Positions 13,975 to 17,977 of a stretch of DNA of 17,977 nucleotides are shown here, piece by piece. This DNA is from a virus, in IMG/VR virus record IMGVR_UViG_3300045988_017601, positions 1 to 17,977 of that record; one strand, written 5' to 3'. The translations under genes and the position numbers were made by a program. The notes under the pieces are model-generated. The model saw nothing but the letters and a program-made list of their open reading frames with translations, was not told the origin of the DNA and searched no databases. The number at the start of each line of letters is the position of its first letter. Within the stretch, counting starts at the first letter, position 1.

Positions 13975-15189
13975 ATGGTAGATGTGCAAGCATGGTTGGA
14001 ACGCACCCAGAACCAGTATTGGGACATGGACGGCAGTTATGGCGCCCAATGCTGGGACTTATGGGCGAAATACTGCATGGATAATTACAATCTCAGCCTA
14101 GGGGATTGCATCACTCCGACAGGCTATGCGGAGGGCAATTACACCATGTTCCCCACCACGGCGGCAGTGGGGCGCGTGTTTGAGAGAAAGGACGCCGATT
14201 ATACGCCCGGCATGGGAGACGTGGTGTTTTGGACGTTCGGCAGTCGGATCTACACCGGCAGTCACGTGGCTATCGTATGGGGTGGTATCCAGGGCGACAA
14301 CATTGATGTACTGACCCAAAACCCGACACCTGCCGTTCACCAATTGCTGCCGCTTATGAAAGGTTCGCAGCTACTCGGCTATCTGCACCCCACGGCATTG
14401 CCGGAACCGCCGGGATCCGGCGATAATCCGACCGGCGGCAATAATCCGGGCGTGAGCGTGGACGGTGATGTCTCCGCGTGGATCCAATTGCAGGGCGATA
14501 ACCTCATTTATCACAGTGGTTCGGGCACGACTTCATCGCAAGCCATTTTCTACAAGTCGAGCGCACAAACGTGGGTGTATCGTGGCGGCACGGGTCAGCC
14601 GGACGCCGACCAGGGGCAGGGCACGCCAAGCGTGGGCGACGGGGAAAGCTCTTACGCGCTCTATGTCATCGGCACCGTGGAATCATCGTTACGTTGGGAT
14701 GCGGTCGAGCCTAATCATCAGGGTATCGGCATCGCGCAATGGTCGTTCGGCAGGCGCTTGCAGGTATTGAACGCTATGAAGGCGGTAGACGCCGCTGGGT
14801 ATGAGGCGTTTGCCGCCGCCGCGCCATCCATCGCCGCGCTTATGGAATCAGGCGGCACGTTCGACCGCGCGATGACCGGTAGCGAGGTTGCCGCGTTTCA
14901 GACGTGGGCGCGACGCACGGAATCACGGCAGGGGCAGCGCAACCGGTTCGCCGAAGATTACGAGGGCTACCCGCAGACGTATGATGATGCGAAAATGCAG
15001 ATATTATGGACGTGCGCCTATCACCAAAGCCCGGCGGGCGCGATGAACGTACCGCACGCTTCATCGCTTACCCAACTGTATGACAATATCCTCAACACAT
15101 CGCCGTTCGGGCCATACGGGACACGCTACAATACCGCCTATTCACTGTTGAATGTGTGGGATGGCACCAGCGCGCCACCGAACTTCTGA
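13975..15189 (+). CDS. Two-domain cell-wall hydrolase (N-terminal CHAP, C-terminal lysozyme/transglycosylase-like); probably virion-associated tail lysin (phi29 gp13 analogue)
   Basis: The CHAP Cys lies in YGAQCWDLW and the His in GSHVAIVW. The C-terminal half has GTVESSLRWD...GIGIAQWS, resembling E-S...G-x-x-Q lytic transglycosylase motifs. Start is uncertain (ATG 13975 or GTG 13957). Confidence 0.7.
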   Translation: MVDVQAWLERTQNQYWDMDGSYGAQCWDLWAKYCMDNYNLSLGDCITPTGYAEGNYTMFPTTAAVGRVFERKDADYTPGMGDVVFWTFGSRIYTGSHVAIVWGGIQGDNIDVLTQNPTPAVHQLLPLMKGSQLLGYLHPTALPEPPGSGDNPTGGNNPGVSVDGDVSAWIQLQGDNLIYHSGSGTTSSQAIFYKSSAQTWVYRGGTGQPDADQGQGTPSVGDGESSYALYVIGTVESSLRWDAVEPNHQGIGIAQWSFGRRLQVLNAMKAVDAAGYEAFAAAAPSIAALMESGGTFDRAMTGSEVAAFQTWARRTESRQGQRNRFAEDYEGYPQTYDDAKMQILWTCAYHQSPAGAMNVPHASSLTQLYDNILNTSPFGPYGTRYNTAYSLLNVWDGTSAPPNF

Positions 15190-15234
15190 CACCACGGCAA
15201 ACCGGTGGATATCTACCGGCTTGTCGTTGTTGTA

Positions 15235-15243
15235 TGGTATGAT
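15235..15243 (+). promoter_or_regulatory. Extended -10-like TGGTATGAT, 7 nt upstream of ATG 15251
   Basis: Follows a weak hairpin (15199-15222) and the T-rich run TTGTCGTTGTTGT. Confidence 0.3.
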
Positions 15244-15250
15244 GGATAGT

Positions 15251-16348
15251 ATGGAGAGGCTGTTAAGCGAAGGCGATTACTACGATTACGGGCGCGTGTT
15301 GTCCTATCATGCGCCTTGGATGTTCGTCATCGGCGCGCGCGGCCTCGGTAAGACCTATGGCGCTAAAAAACTGGTCATCGGTGACTGGATTAAAAAACGC
15401 TGGCAATTCATCTACCTACGACGGACGGCAGAGGAACAGAAAAACAAGGGCACGTGGTTCGCGGATATTGCCGAACAGTACCCCGACTTAGAGTTTAGAG
15501 TATCAGGCAATCAAGCCGAGTGCCATTGGCTGGATGACAGGGACGCCACCACCGACAAGCACGGCAAGACACGCCCCACATGGCATATCATGGGGTATTT
15601 TATCGCCCTATCACAGGCGGGACAGGTCAAGTCGGTGGCCTACCCCAAGGTACGGACGATGATTTTTGATGAAATCTTCCCCGACAATATGCGCTACCTT
15701 GGGGGCGAGGTCACGGCGCTTGAGGAATTCTATAACACGGTTGACCGCTGGAACGACCGCGTGAGGGTTATCATGTGCAGCAATGCAGTGACGTTGGCTA
15801 ACCCGTATTTTTCGGCGTTCAATATCAATCTGAAACCGCAATTGGATAATCATACGCAATATCAACGGTATTGCGACGGGTTTATCATGGTGGAATTGGC
15901 TGATTATGGTGGGTTTAGCGCCAAAGTCGCCACGTCGAAATTCGGCCAATTTTTGCGCAAATATGATGAGAATTATGCGAATTATGCAATCAATAATGAT
16001 TTTAGGGATAACGCTAATACTCTCATTAGTGATTTTAACAACGCCGGTTATGCGTTTACACTAAGAACCACCGAATACGGTATTTTCAACGTATACCAGC
16101 AACTGAGTGACACCGATGAAGTATTGTACATCATCACCAAAAAACAGCCCAAAATCACACGTGATTTTACGTTTGATTATCGACTAGTCGATAATGATTG
16201 CATCATGCTCAAACGCTCGGATGACATGACGCAAAAAATATTAAACGCCTACCGCGTCGGGCGGCTACGGTTCGAGACGCCTCAGATCAAGGCGGAATTC
16301 AGTATGATACTTGGCGGCTTATTACAGCAATCAGGCATAAGAAAGTGA
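15251..16348 (+). CDS. DNA packaging (encapsidation) ATPase, phi29 gp16-like
   Basis: Walker A is VIGARGLGKTY and Walker B is RTMIFDEIF. FIYLRR, RVIMCSNAVTLANPYF and the C-terminal GRLRFE resemble remembered gp16 segments (FVIGARGIGKSY, FIYVRR, RCICLSNAVSVVNPYF, GYLRFD). Start may be 15239, 15242 or 15251. Confidence 0.9.
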   Translation: MERLLSEGDYYDYGRVLSYHAPWMFVIGARGLGKTYGAKKLVIGDWIKKRWQFIYLRRTAEEQKNKGTWFADIAEQYPDLEFRVSGNQAECHWLDDRDATTDKHGKTRPTWHIMGYFIALSQAGQVKSVAYPKVRTMIFDEIFPDNMRYLGGEVTALEEFYNTVDRWNDRVRVIMCSNAVTLANPYFSAFNINLKPQLDNHTQYQRYCDGFIMVELADYGGFSAKVATSKFGQFLRKYDENYANYAINNDFRDNANTLISDFNNAGYAFTLRTTEYGIFNVYQQLSDTDEVLYIITKKQPKITRDFTFDYRLVDNDCIMLKRSDDMTQKILNAYRVGRLRFETPQIKAEFSMILGGLLQQSGIRK

Positions 16349-16355
16349 GGAAGCA

Positions 16356-16742
16356 ATGATGGAAACCTTATTTTACGAAATTCTAGCCGTATTCGTGTTC
16401 ATCATCGTGGACTATATTACCGGCGTTATCAATGCCGTAATGCACGGCAAACTGTCCAGCACAAAAATGCGCGAAGGACTGGGGCATAAGTTCGCGTATC
16501 TTTGCGTGTTTTTTGTCGCATGGTTCATTGATTTTGAAATGGGACACATAGACCTCGGATTCCATACCGCGTTAACACCGCTAGTTACCGTGGGTATTGT
16601 ACTCATTGAGTTGTCCAGCATCATCGAAAATATCGGCAAAATCAATCCCGAACTGGCACAAGCAAAGTTCATGAAAATATTCACCGACTATCATAAGGAG
16701 GATGACAACAATGGCGATACGAACACCACCGGCAGCCGTTGA
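16356..16742 (+). CDS. Holin (Phage_holin_4_1-like, multi-TM)
   Basis: GAGGAAG RBS. Hydrophobic segments AVFVFIIVDYITGVINAV, FAYLCVFFVAWFIDF and LVTVGIVLIELSSII, with a charged C-terminus. Lies directly upstream of a lysin gene. Confidence 0.75.
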   Translation: MMETLFYEILAVFVFIIVDYITGVINAVMHGKLSSTKMREGLGHKFAYLCVFFVAWFIDFEMGHIDLGFHTALTPLVTVGIVLIELSSIIENIGKINPELAQAKFMKIFTDYHKEDDNNGDTNTTGSR

Positions 16743-17505
16743 CTACGCGCGGTCAGTCCTCAATGCAGGCTATAACGGGTACTGCCTAGCGCACGTCCAA
16801 GACGCCTACGGGGCTGAACCGCGATACGCCAGTGCGATAGCCGCATGGAACGGATGCAGCGAACCACACCCCACAACCGACCTAGCGTCCGCACCATACG
16901 GCGCGCCCATATATTTTTCACAACCCGGCAACCCATACGGACACATCGCGCTGCACCTCAATGGTGATATGATGTACACCACCGATAGCAGCGTCGGGCA
17001 TCCCCACGAAGATAGCATATCCAAGTGGATTCGCCAATATGGATATGTGCCGCTCGGATGGAGCGGCGACATAGAAAACCAAAACATACCAGAATTAGGA
17101 GATGATGACATGCCAACCGCAAACGAAATCGCTGAAGCCGTATGGAACTTCAACCAAAACGGCGTCAAAATGCGCGACCGCGTACAGGGTATCGACGGAG
17201 CTGCAAACAGCGCGAACAACGAGATCCGCCGCCTGAGTACATGGGACAACAAAACCCATGCGTCCAACATGGGCAATTTGCTCACCGAACAACCCGTGAA
17301 ATACAACGGTACCACTGCAAAACTCGGGGATAGAATCGGATATATCGACGCGCACACGCATATCATGGACGCGCAAATTACCGCGCTCACCGAGGCCGTG
17401 AAAACTCTGGCCGCAAATCAGGGTGTTGACCCGGACAAAATTGCAGCGATTGTAGAGCAGGCCGTAAAAGAAAAACTGGAATCGCTCACCATCACAGTAG
17501 AGTGA
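16711..17505 (+). CDS. Putative endolysin: NlpC/P60- or CHAP-like cysteine peptidase with a C-terminal domain of unknown type
   Basis: AAGGAGGA RBS then ATG at 16711, overlapping the holin 3' end by 32 nt. The Cys lies in NGYCLAHV and the His in GAPIYFSQPGNPYGHIALHLNGDMMYT (a GD-x-x-FF...GH-x-G-I-Y-like pattern). Confidence 0.55.
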   Translation: MAIRTPPAAVDYARSVLNAGYNGYCLAHVQDAYGAEPRYASAIAAWNGCSEPHPTTDLASAPYGAPIYFSQPGNPYGHIALHLNGDMMYTTDSSVGHPHEDSISKWIRQYGYVPLGWSGDIENQNIPELGDDDMPTANEIAEAVWNFNQNGVKMRDRVQGIDGAANSANNEIRRLSTWDNKTHASNMGNLLTEQPVKYNGTTAKLGDRIGYIDAHTHIMDAQITALTEAVKTLAANQGVDPDKIAAIVEQAVKEKLESLTITVE

Positions 17506-17517
17506 CACCATAGCATG

Positions 17518-17546
17518 AATAAGCCCCGCAGATTGCGGGGCTTATT
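17518..17546. terminator. Bidirectional intrinsic terminator between convergent genes
   Basis: AATAAGCCCCGC (17518-17529) pairs with GCGGGGCTTATT (17535-17546). T-runs flank it on both strands. Confidence 0.8.
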
Positions 17547-17551
17547 TGTTA

Positions 17552-17791
17552 TCAACGAATATCGCACACGCGACAACCACGCGGCTCATACCGCTTATGC
17601 AATTCCCACACATGCAACCGAGAAGAACCAACAATAACGCACATAATATCACGCGCCTCCTTAACACTCACACGCTCGGCAATAGGATTATTAATAACAT
17701 ACAAGTCACGCGCCTCACTAGTACGGAAACCATGAACCTTAGTCGGCTCAACCTCCGAGCGCTCAACTACATAATACACCTCAACCACCAT
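17552..17791 (-). CDS. Hypothetical right-terminal early protein whose RBS and start codon lie inside ITR-R
   Basis: Minus-strand ORF 17552-17839. The ATG at 17791 is the mirror of left ATG 187 and has the same AAGGAA RBS. The sequence diverges from the left gene at the ITR boundary. Confidence 0.55.
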   Translation of the reverse strand: MVVEVYYVVERSEVEPTKVHGFRTSEARDLYVINNPIAERVSVKEARDIMCVIVGSSRLHVWELHKRYEPRGCRVCDIR

Positions 17792-17977
17792 CCTTCCCGT
17801 TCCTTGGTCGATACTTACACACCACCATGCCCTGAACACAACACGCCAACGGATGCAAAAAACAATAAAAAACTACGCGCTAAAAAAATGGACAAAATAC
17901 AACGTTTCAGCAAAATGATAATATACGCGCTTAAATTAAGCGATAAAACGACACGCGGAATTAACAACCAAAAGAAG
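17781..17977. repeat. Right inverted terminal repeat (ITR-R)
   Basis: Reverse complement of 1-197 with 3 mismatches. Identity extends to the final base of the window. Confidence 0.95.

Larger units (their letters stand above)
1..17977. other. Complete linear genome of a phi29-like protein-primed podovirus-type phage
   Basis: Perfectly terminal inverted repeats. Candidate terminal protein plus protein-primed PolB. Capsid, tail knob, portal, lower collar and packaging ATPase resemble phi29 gp8/gp9/gp10/gp11/gp16 and sit in phi29-like order. No lysogeny genes seen. Confidence 0.85.

Noticed and set aside
15152-15238. Upstream start (15152) for the packaging ATPase ORF
   Set aside because: It overlaps the lysin 3' end and runs through the intergenic hairpin. 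The region resembling phi29 gp16 begins near ATG 15251.
16356-16361. Adjacent Met-Met codons of the holin as a lambda-type dual-start holin/antiholin motif
   Set aside because: No charged residue lies between the two Met codons, so the two products would not differ in N-terminal charge.
16806-17511. Minus-strand ORFs 16806-17390 and 17095-17511 opposite the lysin gene
   Set aside because: They lie upstream of the bidirectional terminator in the wrong orientation for the right-end transcription unit. The sense ORF has catalytic Cys/His motifs.
1-17977. CRISPR arrays, tRNAs, integrase/repressor genes, toxin-antitoxin or other defence cassettes
   Set aside because: No regularly spaced direct repeats, no cloverleaf candidates, and no ORF with recombinase, HTH-repressor or nuclease/ATPase defence-like motifs were seen. 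Every large ORF is accounted for by replication, virion or lysis functions.

Overview
This 17,977-bp window appears to be a complete linear genome of a small phi29-like, protein-primed tailed phage. Its GC content looks moderately high, so an actinobacterial or other GC-rich Gram-positive host is plausible, but that is inference only. Bases 1-197 are the reverse complement of 17781-17977 with 3 mismatches, forming inverted terminal repeats (ITRs) that run to the last base. All genes but one are on the + strand. The early module (187-5252) holds seven small unknown proteins, an SSB-like protein, a basic candidate terminal protein and a family-B protein-primed DNA polymerase. A 180-nt structured non-coding gap follows. 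The late module follows phi29 gene order: acidic scaffold, gp8-like major capsid with C-terminal Ig-like domains, gp9-like tail knob, gp10-like portal, gp11-like lower collar, three fibre or appendage proteins, a CHAP plus lysozyme-like tail lysin, a gp16-like packaging ATPase, a holin and a cysteine-peptidase lysin. One inward-facing minus-strand gene starts inside the right ITR. I found no integrase, repressor, tRNA or CRISPR array, which suggests a virulent phage. The observations most worth a second look are listed here. (1) The structured gap after the polymerase, with its own extended -10 element, is a candidate pRNA-like or leader RNA. (2) The polymerase N-terminus is shortened and its ExoI/ExoII catalytic motifs cannot be found. 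(3) The ITRs carry the ribosome-binding site and start codon of two different terminal genes. (4) The genome ends in a CTT-CTT reiteration. (5) Four perfect TGnTATAAT elements occur, all on the coding strand, and three genes show leaderless-type geometry. (6) Two fibre genes share an N-terminal anchor but have different distal domains. All homology statements rest on by-eye comparison with remembered phi29 sequences and motifs and need confirmation by alignment.
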